DNA of 64,000 bases, taken from Pelagibius sp. (GTDB lineage Bacteria; Pseudomonadota; Alphaproteobacteria; Kiloniellales; Kiloniellaceae). The notes below the pieces were generated by a model that was not told where the DNA came from, did no database searches, and was given only the letters and a program-made list of their open reading frames with translations. Made by a program: the position numbers and the translations under genes. The stretch lies in the NCBI RefSeq assembly GCF_028281305.1, contig NZ_JANQKD010000023.1:139598-203597 (forward strand), in the 5' to 3' direction. Numbering within the stretch: the stretch's first letter is position 1; each line of letters begins with the position of its first letter. Below, one piece after another: positions 35,583-45,532 of the stretch.

Positions 35583-36182
35583 ATGTTGTCGGAGCAAGAC
35601 ACAACGACGGCGGATCTGCCCGAGGGGCCGGTGCTGCTGAACAAGGGCCAACTGGCGATGGCCTTTCGTGTGTCCTTGCCGACCATCGACCGCTGGAAGC
35701 ACGCCGGCATGCCGATCGAGGAGCCCGGCAGCAACGGCAAGCCTTACCGCTGCGACCCGGACAAGGTCTTGGCGTGGCGGCGGGAGGAGGAAGGGCGCGA
35801 GCAGGCGCAGCGCGCAGCGGAGGCGGAGAGGATCGCCGAACTGCACGGGCAACTCGACCTGCAGGGCGGCTCCGTCGATGGCCTGGACTCCCTGACGCCG
35901 AAGCAGCGCCAGGCGTACTACGAAGCCGAAGCGGTGCGCATGAAGGTTGACCGCGAGAGAGGTCTGCTCTGCGAGACCGAGGCGGTCAAGGCGCAGTTCG
36001 TCGAGGTGTTCTCGTTCTTGAGCGGACGCCTTCAGGACTTGCCCGATTTCCTTGAGCGCCGCTGCAACCTCTCGCCCGAGGCGGTGGAAGAACTGGCGGC
36101 GGCTGTGACCGAGTGGCAGCGGCGGCTTGCCGATGACCTGAGGACGGAGGCCCTGGACGATGGCCGCAACACCGCCGCTTGA
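35583..36182 (+). CDS. Terminase small subunit (Nu1/DUF1441-like)
   Basis: LNKGQLAMAFRVSLPTIDRWKHAGMP winged HTH; coiled coil; overlaps terL. Confidence 0.88.
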   Translation: MLSEQDTTTADLPEGPVLLNKGQLAMAFRVSLPTIDRWKHAGMPIEEPGSNGKPYRCDPDKVLAWRREEEGREQAQRAAEAERIAELHGQLDLQGGSVDGLDSLTPKQRQAYYEAEAVRMKVDRERGLLCETEAVKAQFVEVFSFLSGRLQDLPDFLERRCNLSPEAVEELAAAVTEWQRRLADDLRTEALDDGRNTAA

Positions 36183-38265
36183 GCCGCCGCCGCTGCAGGC
36201 TTTCCAGGACCCGAGCGTCTTGCGCGCCGAGGCCTCCGAGTTTATGGCACCGCCGATTGGGATGTCCGTCAGCGAAGCCGCGGAGCGGTATCACTTCGTC
36301 CATAAGCCGGGCGGGTACAGCGGCTTCTGGAGCAACGAGGACACGCCCTATCTCGTCGAGCCGATGAACTCGTCGCTGCGGCGGCGCTTGTCGGGGACCG
36401 TATTCGTCGGGCCGGCGCAGTGCGGCAAGACGGCGGGCCTGGTCATCAACCCTATCGTCTACGCCGTCACCTGCGATCAGGCAGACATGCTGGTGATCCA
36501 GACGACGTCGGCCATGGCGCGCGATTTCTCGAAGCGCCAACTCTCGCGTCTGAACCGCTTCAGCCGCGAGGTCGGCAACCGCCTTGACCCGACGAAGGGC
36601 AGCGACAACGTCTTCGACAAGCACTATCGCGGCATGATCCTGTCGCTGGGGTCGCCGACCATCAACGATCTATCGGGGCGGCCGATCCCGCGCGGGATCA
36701 TCACCGACTATGACCGCACGCCGCCGGACGTGGACGGCGAGGGCGAGCCCTTCGATCTGCTGCGCAACCGCGCGAAGACCTACGGGTCTCGCGCCTGGAC
36801 GGGGGCCGAGTCCTCGCCAGGACGCCCGGTGCTGAACGCCAAGTGGAAGCGGACGACGCCCCACGAGGCACCACCGACCACCGGGATCCTCGCGCTCTAC
36901 AACCGCGGGCACCGCGCACGCTGGCAATGGGAGTGCCGGCACTGCCGGGACTTCTTCGAGGGGCACTTCGGCCTGTTGAAGTGGGCCGACAGCGCGGACA
37001 TCGAGGAATGCGCGGAGTCGGTCGAGATGATCTGCCCGCTCTGCGGGGGCTTCTTGCGACCGGAGTGGAAGCGCGAATTGAACGCCGAAGGGATCTGGGT
37101 CGGCGATGGGCAGGCGGTGGTCGATGGCCGGTTGGTCGGCGATGCCCGGAGAAGCGACATCGCGTCCTATTGGCTGAAGGGGCCGGCGGCGGCTTTCCAA
37201 TCGTGGCAGAGCCTCGTGCGCAACTGGCTGACCGCGAAGGCGGAGTGCGACCGCACCGGCTCCGAGGAATCGCTGAAGGTCACGGTTAACACGGATCAGG
37301 CGGAACCCTACCTGCCGAAGGCGGCGCAGGTGGAGTCGTCGCTGGAGGCCGAAGAACTGATCGAGCGGGCGGAAGCATACCCGCTCGGTGTCGTGCCGGA
37401 GGGAGCGGTGTTCCTGACCGCTGCGGTCGACGTCCAGGCGAACCGCTTCGAGATCCTGGTTCGGGCCTGGGGGCCTGGGATGGAGTCCTGGGTCGTCGAC
37501 TTCTTTTCTGTCTATGAGACGGAAAACCGCGACGGCAAAAAGCGCTTGATCAATCCCGCGCTCTACAACGAAGACTGGGATCTGCTGCGCGAGATGATCA
37601 TCGAGAAGCGCTATCAGCTTGCGAGCAGCGAGGGCCTGGAGATGGCGATCCTGCGCACGGTCATTGATTCCGGCGGCGCGAAGGGTGTCACCCCACGCGC
37701 CTACGACTTCTGGCGACGCTGCCGCAAGGACGGCCTTGGCCGACGGGTTCTGCTCTCGAAGGGCGCGAGCAAGCTGACGGCTCCGCGCGTCATGCGGCAT
37801 CTGCCGGACTCACAGCGCAAGGACCGCAAGGCAGCGGCCCGCGGTGAAGTGCCGGTCTTCTTCTTCAACGCGGACATCCTGAAGGACGAACTGGACAGCC
37901 AGTTGCGCAAGGAAGAGGGCGGCGATCTGGCCGTCCATCTGTCGCGGGGGCTGCTGGAAGAGAAGCCACCGCACCCGTTCTTCGAGCAGATCACGGCGGA
38001 AACGCGGGGGCCGGACGGGAAGTGGCAGAAGGAGAAGGACCGAAACGAGGCGGTCGACCTGATGGTCATGGCCCACGTCGGCGCTCTCCAGGCCAAGGCT
38101 GAAAGGATCGATTGGAAGGCCCCGCCGGTCTGGGCCCAGGCGGCGACGGTCAATCCCTATGTCACGCCGGTCTTGCCCGTAGCCGAGGACCCGGAGGACG
38201 ACGCGCCGCCAACGACCGCCCAGAAGGGCCGCCGCATCGTCCGCACCGGGCGGCGATTGAACTAG
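36160..38265 (+). CDS. Terminase large subunit (lambda GpA family)
   Basis: PYLVEPM, GPAQCGKT Walker A, DYDR, GEPFDLLRNRAKTY, CRHC/CPLC, AAVDVQ, DSGG, RNEAVDL. Confidence 0.96.
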   Translation: MAATPPLEPPPLQAFQDPSVLRAEASEFMAPPIGMSVSEAAERYHFVHKPGGYSGFWSNEDTPYLVEPMNSSLRRRLSGTVFVGPAQCGKTAGLVINPIVYAVTCDQADMLVIQTTSAMARDFSKRQLSRLNRFSREVGNRLDPTKGSDNVFDKHYRGMILSLGSPTINDLSGRPIPRGIITDYDRTPPDVDGEGEPFDLLRNRAKTYGSRAWTGAESSPGRPVLNAKWKRTTPHEAPPTTGILALYNRGHRARWQWECRHCRDFFEGHFGLLKWADSADIEECAESVEMICPLCGGFLRPEWKRELNAEGIWVGDGQAVVDGRLVGDARRSDIASYWLKGPAAAFQSWQSLVRNWLTAKAECDRTGSEESLKVTVNTDQAEPYLPKAAQVESSLEAEELIERAEAYPLGVVPEGAVFLTAAVDVQANRFEILVRAWGPGMESWVVDFFSVYETENRDGKKRLINPALYNEDWDLLREMIIEKRYQLASSEGLEMAILRTVIDSGGAKGVTPRAYDFWRRCRKDGLGRRVLLSKGASKLTAPRVMRHLPDSQRKDRKAAARGEVPVFFFNADILKDELDSQLRKEEGGDLAVHLSRGLLEEKPPHPFFEQITAETRGPDGKWQKEKDRNEAVDLMVMAHVGALQAKAERIDWKAPPVWAQAATVNPYVTPVLPVAEDPEDDAPPTTAQKGRRIVRTGRRLN

Positions 38266-38273
38266 GAAGAACG

Positions 38274-38486
38274 ATGGCCAAGACCTACAGCGAACAACTG
38301 GACGAAGTGCAGACCGCCATCGCCAAGATCGAAGCGGGCGGCCAATCCTGGAGCATCGGCAACAGGAGCTTCACGCGAGCCGATCTCGGCGAACTGTACC
38401 AACGTGAAGAACGGCTGACGCGCCTGGTTCGCCGGGAGAGCCGTGGTGGCATCGGCGTCAAGCGCGCTGTGCCGGACGTGCGCTGA
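38274..38486 (+). CDS. gpW-like head completion protein
   Basis: QSWSIGNRSFTRADLGEL; lies between terL and portal. Confidence 0.8.
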   Translation: MAKTYSEQLDEVQTAIAKIEAGGQSWSIGNRSFTRADLGELYQREERLTRLVRRESRGGIGVKRAVPDVR

Positions 38487-38489
38487 GCC

Positions 38490-40136
38490 ATGGCCAAGAC
38501 GAAGAAGCTCCCGACCCGAAGCCTGCTCGACCGGGCCATCGCGGCGATCAGCCCCAGTGCTGGCGTGCGCCGCGTCAGGGCCAAGGCCGCCTTGCACCGC
38601 TACGATCAGGTTGCGAGCGGAGGTTGGGGCGGTTACGGCGGAGCGGACCGCCGCAAGCGCAGCCTCAAGCGGTGGAACGCGCCGGACGGATCGGCCGACT
38701 CGGTCATTGCACCGGATCTGGTCGAGTTGCGGCGCGCATCACTGGATCTGGACCGCAACATGCCTCTGGCGACCGGCGCGTTCCAGACCATCGCGTCTTC
38801 TGTGGTGGGCACGGGGCTGACCCTGCAGTCGCGGCTCGACCGTGACTTCCTCCGGTTGACCGAGGAAGAGGCGAGCGTCAAGCAGCGGGAGATCGAGCGG
38901 CTGTGGCGGCATCTCGCCAAGCGCGCCGATTGGCGGCGGCAGGTGCATCTGGGGGTGCTGGAGTACGTGGCCCTCTATTCCTGTCTGGCCTCGGGCGACT
39001 GCTTTGCTTTGCTGCCGATGGCCCGCCGCCCTGGCGATCTGTTCGGCTTGAAGGTGCAGCTGATTGAGGCGGGGCGCGTCTGCAACCGAGATCATGTCGC
39101 CGACGGCCCGACCCTGGTCCAGGGCATTGTCCTTAGCGACGACGGCCGCCCGCTCGCCGCGCACATCGCCAACAAGCATCCCTTCGACTTCGGGGCCGGG
39201 GTGCCGATCGAGGCGAAGTGGGAAACGGTGCCCTTCTATGGTTCGGGGTCTGGCCGGCGGAACCTGTTGCATATCTTCGATCCGACGAGACCGGATCAGA
39301 CACGGGGCGTGCCGATCCTGGCTCCTGTGATCGAGGAACTAAAGCAGCTGTCGGACTATAGCGGCGCGGAGCTTATGGCGGCGGTTGTGAACAGCTGCTT
39401 TTCCGTGATCGCCAAGACGGATGACGGGGAAGGTATGGCGGCAGATCCTGGGCAGATCCAGGACGCAAAGGGGCTGGAACGCTGGGAAGTGACCTTCGAG
39501 CCAGGCATGGTGCTTGAGGGACTGTCCCCCAACGAGACCATAGAGAGCTTTACCCCGGGCCGCCCCAATCCGCAGTTCGAGGCCTTCTTCACGGCGGTGG
39601 TCCGGCAGATCGCGGTGGCGATCGGGCTTTCCTTCGAGGTGCTGATCCGGCACTTCACAGCCTCATATTCGGCAAGCCGGGCGTCGCTCCTGGAGACCTG
39701 GAAGATGCTGCGGCGGCGGCGGGCTCTACTGGTCTCGATGCTCCATCAGCCGCTCTACGAGGAGATGCTGGCCGAAGCCGTCGACAGCGGACTGATCGGG
39801 CTGCCCGGCTGGGAGGACCCGCTGGTGCGCGATGCGTGGTGTTCGGCGGAGTGGACCGGTCCGTCGCCGGGCCAGATTGACCCGAAGAAGGAGGTCGACG
39901 CGGCCCGCGAGCGCGTGGACATGGGCGTATCGACCCTGCAGCGCGAGACGGCCGAGATGACCGGCGGAGACTGGGAATCGAACCATGCGCAGCGCAGCCG
40001 CGAGAGAGCGGCAAGGGTGCGCGACGGACTGGAAGGTGCCGCGGTCCAGGCGGGCGCGGCACCGGTGCCGGCGGCAGACGAGGAAGGCGACCGGGGGATG
40101 GACCGCCCCGAGGACGAAACCCAGGAGGAAAACTGA
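38490..40136 (+). CDS. Portal protein, lambda family
   Basis: ASLDLDRNMPLA, QLIEAGRV, QTRGVP, SYSASRASLLE, IDPKKEV. Confidence 0.95.
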   Translation: MAKTKKLPTRSLLDRAIAAISPSAGVRRVRAKAALHRYDQVASGGWGGYGGADRRKRSLKRWNAPDGSADSVIAPDLVELRRASLDLDRNMPLATGAFQTIASSVVGTGLTLQSRLDRDFLRLTEEEASVKQREIERLWRHLAKRADWRRQVHLGVLEYVALYSCLASGDCFALLPMARRPGDLFGLKVQLIEAGRVCNRDHVADGPTLVQGIVLSDDGRPLAAHIANKHPFDFGAGVPIEAKWETVPFYGSGSGRRNLLHIFDPTRPDQTRGVPILAPVIEELKQLSDYSGAELMAAVVNSCFSVIAKTDDGEGMAADPGQIQDAKGLERWEVTFEPGMVLEGLSPNETIESFTPGRPNPQFEAFFTAVVRQIAVAIGLSFEVLIRHFTASYSASRASLLETWKMLRRRRALLVSMLHQPLYEEMLAEAVDSGLIGLPGWEDPLVRDAWCSAEWTGPSPGQIDPKKEVDAARERVDMGVSTLQRETAEMTGGDWESNHAQRSRERAARVRDGLEGAAVQAGAAPVPAADEEGDRGMDRPEDETQEEN

Positions 40137-41722
40137 TGCGCGCGCACGATCTGCCGCTCCTGGCCCGGAGCCGGGTCTTCAATCGGCCCCTTGTCATCAC
40201 AGCGGACAAGGCAATGGAGATCGTGGCGGTTCTTCGCGAACGGCTGAATGTCTCGGAGGTGCAGGTCCCGGCTTTGGAGGCGGTCTACTCGGCAGACGAC
40301 CTCGACGGCATGGCCGTGCAGGCGGCCGCACGGACCCAAGGCGAGCGGCGGCGGACCTTCGACATGATCGACGGCGGGATCGCCGTGATCCCGATTATCG
40401 GCACCCTGGTCAACAAGCTCGGCTCGATCGATCCCTACAGCGGCATGACCGGGTATGACGGCATATCGGTCAAGCTTCAGGACGCGCTAATCGACCCTGA
40501 GGTGCAGGGGATTGCGTTCGACATCGAGAGCGGGGGCGGCGAGGTGGCGGGCTGCTTCGATCTGGTAGACGAGATCCACGCCGCGCGCAGCGAAAAGCCG
40601 ATCTGGTCGATCCTGACCGAGTACGCCGCGTCGGCGGCCTATGCGATTGCCAGTGCCACTGACCGGATCATCATGCCGCGCACAGGCATGGTGGGCTCCG
40701 TCGGCGTGGTCTGCATGCACGTCGACTGGTCGGAGTTCCTGTCGAAGGAAGGCGTCAAGGTCACCTTCATCCACGCGGGCAAACACAAGGTCGACGGCAA
40801 TCCCTACGAGCAGCTCCCCGACGACGTGCGGGAGAAGATCCAGGAAGAGGTCGACGCCGTCAGGCGGATCTTCGTTGCCTCGGTGGCGCGTGGCCGGGAC
40901 ATGCCGGAAGCCGCCGTCTTTGAAACCGAAGCACAGATGTATCAGGGAGAGACCGGTCTCGCCGCCGGTCTCGCCGATGCAATCATGGCACCGCGGGAGG
41001 CAATGGAGGCCTTCCGGGCGCACATCGAGGGCCGCGACGAAGTCGTGGCCGCAACCGCGCTGGCAGGGTCCACGCGCAGCAATGAGGAGCAAACCATGGA
41101 GCGCAGTCGCGTCTATGCCACGGCTGCCGAGGGCGGCACCAGCAAGCCGTCCAAGGCCGCCGAGGGCGAGCAAACGTCTGAGGAACAGGAAACCCAGGCT
41201 AACGACGACGAGGAGCGGGAGGACGAAAAGGAGATGGAGGAGTCGGACGCCGACGCTGGCGAAGATACCGCCGCGGCATCGGCGGCAGCGGCGTTCGCCG
41301 CGACCAATCCAGCCGCCGCAGAGTTCCTCCGCCGTCAGGGCAGCGACGCGGAGCATACGCGCCTGATGCAGATGGACCAGTTGGCCGAGCCGGGCGAAGG
41401 CGAACTCCTGGCGCAGTTCAAGGCCGACCGCTCCATGGGCGTCGCCGCCGCGGCGCTGGCCTTCGCAGAGCAGCGCAAGCAGCGCCGCGCGGGGCGCCAG
41501 GCGGCGCGGCAGGACGATGCACCCCAGGCGCAGCCGACCGCAGCGCCCGATGCCGACGGCAAGGTTGCCAGTGGGAAGGGGACGCCCCGGCAGAAGGCGG
41601 AAGACGGCATCGATCGTGAAGCCAAGAAGATCCAGGCGGCAGAGCGCATCACCTACGAGCAGGCCTACGTGAAGGCCTGCGAGCAAAACCCGGAACTTTA
41701 CAAGGTCCTGCGCGCGGCGTAG
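40136..41722 (+). CDS. S49 (SppA/ClpP-like) head maturation protease with C-terminal scaffold
   Basis: FDIESGGGE, AASAAYAIAS, VGSVGV, GNPYEQL; acidic linker and helical C-terminus like lambda C/Nu3. Confidence 0.92.
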   Translation: MRAHDLPLLARSRVFNRPLVITADKAMEIVAVLRERLNVSEVQVPALEAVYSADDLDGMAVQAAARTQGERRRTFDMIDGGIAVIPIIGTLVNKLGSIDPYSGMTGYDGISVKLQDALIDPEVQGIAFDIESGGGEVAGCFDLVDEIHAARSEKPIWSILTEYAASAAYAIASATDRIIMPRTGMVGSVGVVCMHVDWSEFLSKEGVKVTFIHAGKHKVDGNPYEQLPDDVREKIQEEVDAVRRIFVASVARGRDMPEAAVFETEAQMYQGETGLAAGLADAIMAPREAMEAFRAHIEGRDEVVAATALAGSTRSNEEQTMERSRVYATAAEGGTSKPSKAAEGEQTSEEQETQANDDEEREDEKEMEESDADAGEDTAAASAAAAFAATNPAAAEFLRRQGSDAEHTRLMQMDQLAEPGEGELLAQFKADRSMGVAAAALAFAEQRKQRRAGRQAARQDDAPQAQPTAAPDADGKVASGKGTPRQKAEDGIDREAKKIQAAERITYEQAYVKACEQNPELYKVLRAA

Positions 41723-41779
41723 CGCCGGCGACCGCACGCTTCGCCCGCACAAGCGAACCATCAAGACGAGGAACAGAAG

Positions 41780-42154
41780 ATGGCAACCTATCAAAGCCTG
41801 CACAACATCACCCTGGTGGCTGGCGCGGACCTCTCTGCCAGCCAGTACCGCTTCATGACCGTCGCGGCGGACGGACAGATCGACCCAACCGGCGATGGGG
41901 CGAACGCACACGGGGTGCTTCAGAACAAGCCGAGCGCTGCCGGCGAGGCAGCCACTGTCGCCATTGCCGGGGTCAGCAAGGTCGTGGCCGGCGCGGCGGT
42001 GGCGGCTGGTGCCTCGGTCGCCTCCGACGCCAATGGCGGTGCCGTACCACCGACGGTCGGCGAGGAGAAGCTCGGTACCGCGCTGGAAGCCGCCGGGGCG
42101 GCAGGCGAGATCATCGAAGTCCTGCTACAGCTGGGGCCCGGTCAGCCGAACTGA
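41780..42154 (+). CDS. Capsid decoration/cement protein (DUF2190-like)
   Basis: Ala/Gly-rich beta protein (GVLQNKP, ALEAAGAAGEIIEVLL) between the protease and the MCP. Confidence 0.78.
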   Translation: MATYQSLHNITLVAGADLSASQYRFMTVAADGQIDPTGDGANAHGVLQNKPSAAGEAATVAIAGVSKVVAGAAVAAGASVASDANGGAVPPTVGEEKLGTALEAAGAAGEIIEVLLQLGPGQPN

Positions 42155-42202
42155 TCGATCCTGATCGCCCAGGCTGCCGGGGCGTCCTGCGGCAGCATCA
42201 TG

Positions 42203-42232
42203 AACCGCGGCCCGCCGGGTGCGCGGTTTTTT
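42203..42232 (+). terminator. Intrinsic terminator-like hairpin inside the late operon
   Basis: AACCGCG-GCCCGCCGGGTG-CGCGGTT followed by TTTT. Confidence 0.5.
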
Positions 42233-42259
42233 CATGCGAGAAGAAAGGAAGGATCATCC

Positions 42260-43246
42260 ATGAATCCGACATCCGGCGACGTCCATGTCAACAGGCCGCT
42301 GACGAACATGTCAGTTGCGAACTGGCAGTCGGACGACAACTTTGTGGCCGACCGGGTATTCCCGATCTTGCCAGTCGAGCACAAGAGCGACGTCTATTAC
42401 ATCTTCAACCGGGGAGACCTGGCGCGCGACGAGATGAAGATTCGGGCTCCGCGTTCCGAGTCCGCCGGGAGCGGCTATCGCGTGCAAGCCGACGATCCTT
42501 ATCTGTGCCGGGTGCGTGCCTTGCACACGGATATCGACGACGAAACGCGCGGGAACACAGACTCGCCCCTCAACAATGATCGGGCGGCGGTCAACTTTCT
42601 GAACCAGAAGGCCCGCATCAATCGGGAGAACCGCTTCATCACCAGCTACATGGCCTTGACGGTGTGGTCGGGTGAAGTGACCGGCGTGGCCGCTGCGCCC
42701 GGAGCGGGGCAGGTGTTGAAGTGGAGCGACCCGAACTCGACGCCGATCCAGGACATTCGGACGGCCAAGACGGCGGTCCATGTCCAAAGCGGCGGCTTCA
42801 TGCCGAACACCCTGGTGATTGCTCAGGATGTGGAAGACCAACTCGTCGATCACCCCGACATCGTTGACCGGGTGAAGTACGGGACCCAGGACGGGGTCTC
42901 GACGGTAGACCTTTCCGAACTGGCAGCCCTCCTGAAGCTCGACCGCATCATGACGATGCGGGGCGTGGTCAACGCCGCCAAAGAAGGGGCCGCCGATCCA
43001 AGCATGGCCCTGCTCGGCAGCGGTAAGGCCCTGCTGGCATATGTGCCGCCGAACCCTGCAATTGAGACACCGGCTGCGGGGTACACCTTCGTGTGGCGGA
43101 ACTATCCGGGATCGGGCGCGCAGGGCCAGAGGATCAAGACCTTCCGAGTCGATACCAAGAACTCGGACCGCTACGAGATCGAAACGGCAGACGATCAGAA
43201 GCGGGTCTCTGCCGACTGCGGTCACTACTTCCACGACATCATCTAG
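42260..43246 (+). CDS. Major capsid protein (lambda gpE-like)
   Basis: DVHVNRPLTNMSVA, FVADRVFP, WSDPNSTPIQDI, PNTLVI, PAAGYTF; ATG behind AGGAAGGA. Confidence 0.9.
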   Translation: MNPTSGDVHVNRPLTNMSVANWQSDDNFVADRVFPILPVEHKSDVYYIFNRGDLARDEMKIRAPRSESAGSGYRVQADDPYLCRVRALHTDIDDETRGNTDSPLNNDRAAVNFLNQKARINRENRFITSYMALTVWSGEVTGVAAAPGAGQVLKWSDPNSTPIQDIRTAKTAVHVQSGGFMPNTLVIAQDVEDQLVDHPDIVDRVKYGTQDGVSTVDLSELAALLKLDRIMTMRGVVNAAKEGAADPSMALLGSGKALLAYVPPNPAIETPAAGYTFVWRNYPGSGAQGQRIKTFRVDTKNSDRYEIETADDQKRVSADCGHYFHDII

Positions 43247-43323
43247 ACCCCGCGTCTCAAGAGGCGGGGCGCAGACGGGCCGGCTCACGCCGGCCCGCTT
43301 CTCACATGGCATCGGAGGGCGGG

Positions 43324-43806
43324 ATGTACCGCAGGAATCTTGGCCGCTTCAACATCGATCGGCCTTATGTCTGGACCCGGGACATGGTCTTCAACGGCAA
43401 GCGGGTGAAGAAGGGCCAAACCGTCTCGAAGAAATGGGTCGCTAGGCACAAGCTGAAGCAGCTTTACGAAACCCGGCGGATTGCCTTGGCGGACGGGCAG
43501 CCGCCGGAAACCCCGGGGAACCGCAGCCGGGCGAAAGCCCTGAATGCGACTGTCGCCGCCGTAGGGCTTATGAATCAGGAGGGGCTTACCCAGGCTGACG
43601 TCAAGGGCACCGGGAAAGACGGACGTGTCGTGATCAACGACGTTCGCAGAGCGGTCAAGGCCCTCCACGCCAGCCTGCTCAAGAAAGCGGAGAAAGCGGG
43701 CATCGACGTGGTCACCATCCCGGGCAGCGGTCCCAAGGGCGCGGTCACGGTCGCGGACCTCCGCAAGGCTCTGAAGGCGGCCGAAGACCGGAAGGCGAAA
43801 GCCTGA
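43324..43806 (+). CDS. Protein with two E3-binding (PSBD) domains
   Basis: EGLTQADVKGTGKDGRVVINDV and AEKAGIDVVTIPGSGPKGAVTVADL match the peripheral subunit-binding domain of 2-oxoacid dehydrogenase E2. Confidence 0.78.
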   Translation: MYRRNLGRFNIDRPYVWTRDMVFNGKRVKKGQTVSKKWVARHKLKQLYETRRIALADGQPPETPGNRSRAKALNATVAAVGLMNQEGLTQADVKGTGKDGRVVINDVRRAVKALHASLLKKAEKAGIDVVTIPGSGPKGAVTVADLRKALKAAEDRKAKA

Positions 43807-44120
43807 TGGCTGTCGAGGGACCCGAGGAGCGCGCCGCCTTCTTCGATCCGGAGGTCTTCGGGGTGGCTGCGACGTGGTCGCCTGCCGGCGGGGGCGGGCC
43901 AATCACGGTCAACGGGATCTTCGACAACGAGTTCGCCAGCGGGCTGCAGGAGGACGACGTAGCCGTGGAGACCAGCCAGCCCCGGTTCACCTGCGCGTCC
44001 GAGGATGTACCGAACATCGCCCAGGGTGACAGCCTGACGGTCAACGCGACCATCTACGCCGTCGTCGGCGTGCAACCCGACGGCACGGGCATCACGGAAC
44101 TGCTGCTGGAGCCTTCCTGA
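43806..44120 (+). CDS. Head-tail joining protein (gpFII-like)
   Basis: FFDPEVFGV, GIFDNE, GDSLTV, VQPDGTG.TELLL. Confidence 0.78.
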   Translation: MAVEGPEERAAFFDPEVFGVAATWSPAGGGGPITVNGIFDNEFASGLQEDDVAVETSQPRFTCASEDVPNIAQGDSLTVNATIYAVVGVQPDGTGITELLLEPS

Positions 44121-44121
44121 C

Positions 44122-44571
44122 ATGGCCGATCACATGCGCAAGCAGATCCGCGACGCGGCGGTCGCGGCCCTGACGGGCCTGCCGACGACCGGGTCCAACG
44201 TCTTCCCCTCGCGGGTCCGCGAGATCCCCGTAGAACGATTGCCTGCCCTGGCAGTCTACACCCTCAATGAGGAGTCGGAACGCGACGCCATGGGACCGCC
44301 CGGAACGGCACCGCTCGCCCGTGTCGTTGAACTGGCGGTCGCGGCGGTTGCCGAGGAGGCCGCGGGCCTGGACGACCGGCTGGATCAGATCTGCGCTGAG
44401 GTCGAGGGCGTTCTCGGCGGGACCACCTTCAGCGGACTGGTCAAAGGCACAGTGCTGGAAGGCACCGAGGTCACCATTGAGGGCGACAAGCGCCAGCCCC
44501 TGGGCGTGGCCCGCATGACGCTCTCGGTCCTGTACCGCACGCCGGAAGGCGATCCCACAACCGCGGCATAG
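44122..44571 (+). CDS. Tail terminator protein (gpU-like)
   Basis: HMRKQIRDAAVAAL, LPALAVYT, LDQICAEVE. Confidence 0.75.
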   Translation: MADHMRKQIRDAAVAALTGLPTTGSNVFPSRVREIPVERLPALAVYTLNEESERDAMGPPGTAPLARVVELAVAAVAEEAAGLDDRLDQICAEVEGVLGGTTFSGLVKGTVLEGTEVTIEGDKRQPLGVARMTLSVLYRTPEGDPTTAA

Positions 44572-44594
44572 CCGCTGATGAGAGAGGACGAGAC

Positions 44595-44750
44595 GTGGCA
44601 AACAAAACGATGGTGACCATGAGTAATCCCAAGGCCAAGGGGCCCGTCGAGGTGCTGGCGAGCGAGGTCCCGACCATGGAGAACCGAGGCTGGTCCAAAG
44701 TCGGAAACGACGGCCCGCCACAGAAGAAACCCGCAAGGAAGGAGGGCTAG
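44595..44750 (+). CDS. Small hypothetical protein (51 aa)
   Basis: GTG behind GAGGA; fills the gap before the tail tube gene. Confidence 0.5.
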   Translation: MANKTMVTMSNPKAKGPVEVLASEVPTMENRGWSKVGNDGPPQKKPARKEG

Positions 44751-44753
44751 GCC

Positions 44754-45146
44754 ATGGCCAATCACGTAGGCAACGAGGGCATCGTCCAGATCGGGGCAGC
44801 TGTCGTGGCGGAGGTTCGCTCCTGGTCGATCGAGGAAACGGCGGAAACGGCCGACACCTCTGTCATGGGGCCGGTCGCGCGAACCCACAAGGTGACCAAA
44901 ACAACTTGGTCGGGATCGCTGGAGTGCTTCTGGGACGAAACCGACTCGACCGGACAGGGCGCCCTGACAAAAGGGGCATCGGTCCAGCTTGACGTGTATC
45001 CGGAGGGCAATACGTCCGGCGACGTTCACTATGTCGGAACCGCCACGGTGACGCAGGTAACCAAACAGGCGGCGCACGACGGCATCGTCGAGGCGGCCTT
45101 TACCTTCCAGGGCAACGGCGACCTTGCCGAACAGACGGTCGTTTGA
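44754..45146 (+). CDS. Major tail tube protein
   Basis: VRSWSIEET...DTSVMG...WSGSLECFWD...FTFQGNGDL. Confidence 0.82.
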   Translation: MANHVGNEGIVQIGAAVVAEVRSWSIEETAETADTSVMGPVARTHKVTKTTWSGSLECFWDETDSTGQGALTKGASVQLDVYPEGNTSGDVHYVGTATVTQVTKQAAHDGIVEAAFTFQGNGDLAEQTVV

Positions 45147-45157
45147 GGAGCTTCAAC

Positions 45158-45532
45158 ATGGCGCAGCGACGAAAGAGCGAAGACTCCAAGCACCACCCGA
45201 TCTTCCATCAGGCGGTCGAGCAGTTCAAAGGCCAGGAAATCACGGTTATCGAGGTCGAGGAATGGGGCATCGATGGGAAGCCCGCCATCATCCACGCGAC
45301 TCCGATGAACCTGGACGAGAAGAATCGGGTCAACCGCTACGGTTCCAAGGAGGATCTCTCGGCTCTCTGCGAGGTCCTGATCCTGAAGGCCCGCGACGAG
45401 AACGGCGACCCGATCTTCACGCGCGACCTCAAGCCGCGGATGATGCGCGAGCTTGACCCGGATGTGATCGCATCCGTCGTCAAGCAGATCGTCGGCGAAG
45501 AAGAGGACCCGGATCAAGCGGCGGGAAACTGA
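45158..45532 (+). CDS. Tail assembly chaperone (gpG-like)
   Basis: Between the tube and tape measure genes; ends in slippery G GGA AAC before TGA. Confidence 0.8.
   Translation: MAQRRKSEDSKHHPIFHQAVEQFKGQEITVIEVEEWGIDGKPAIIHATPMNLDEKNRVNRYGSKEDLSALCEVLILKARDENGDPIFTRDLKPRMMRELDPDVIASVVKQIVGEEEDPDQAAGN

Noticed and set aside
40487-41911. Long antisense ORFs over structural and replication genes (also 32225-34000, 54802-55428, 62173-63213)
   Set aside because: Shadow ORFs expected from GC-rich codon bias opposite well-supported genes
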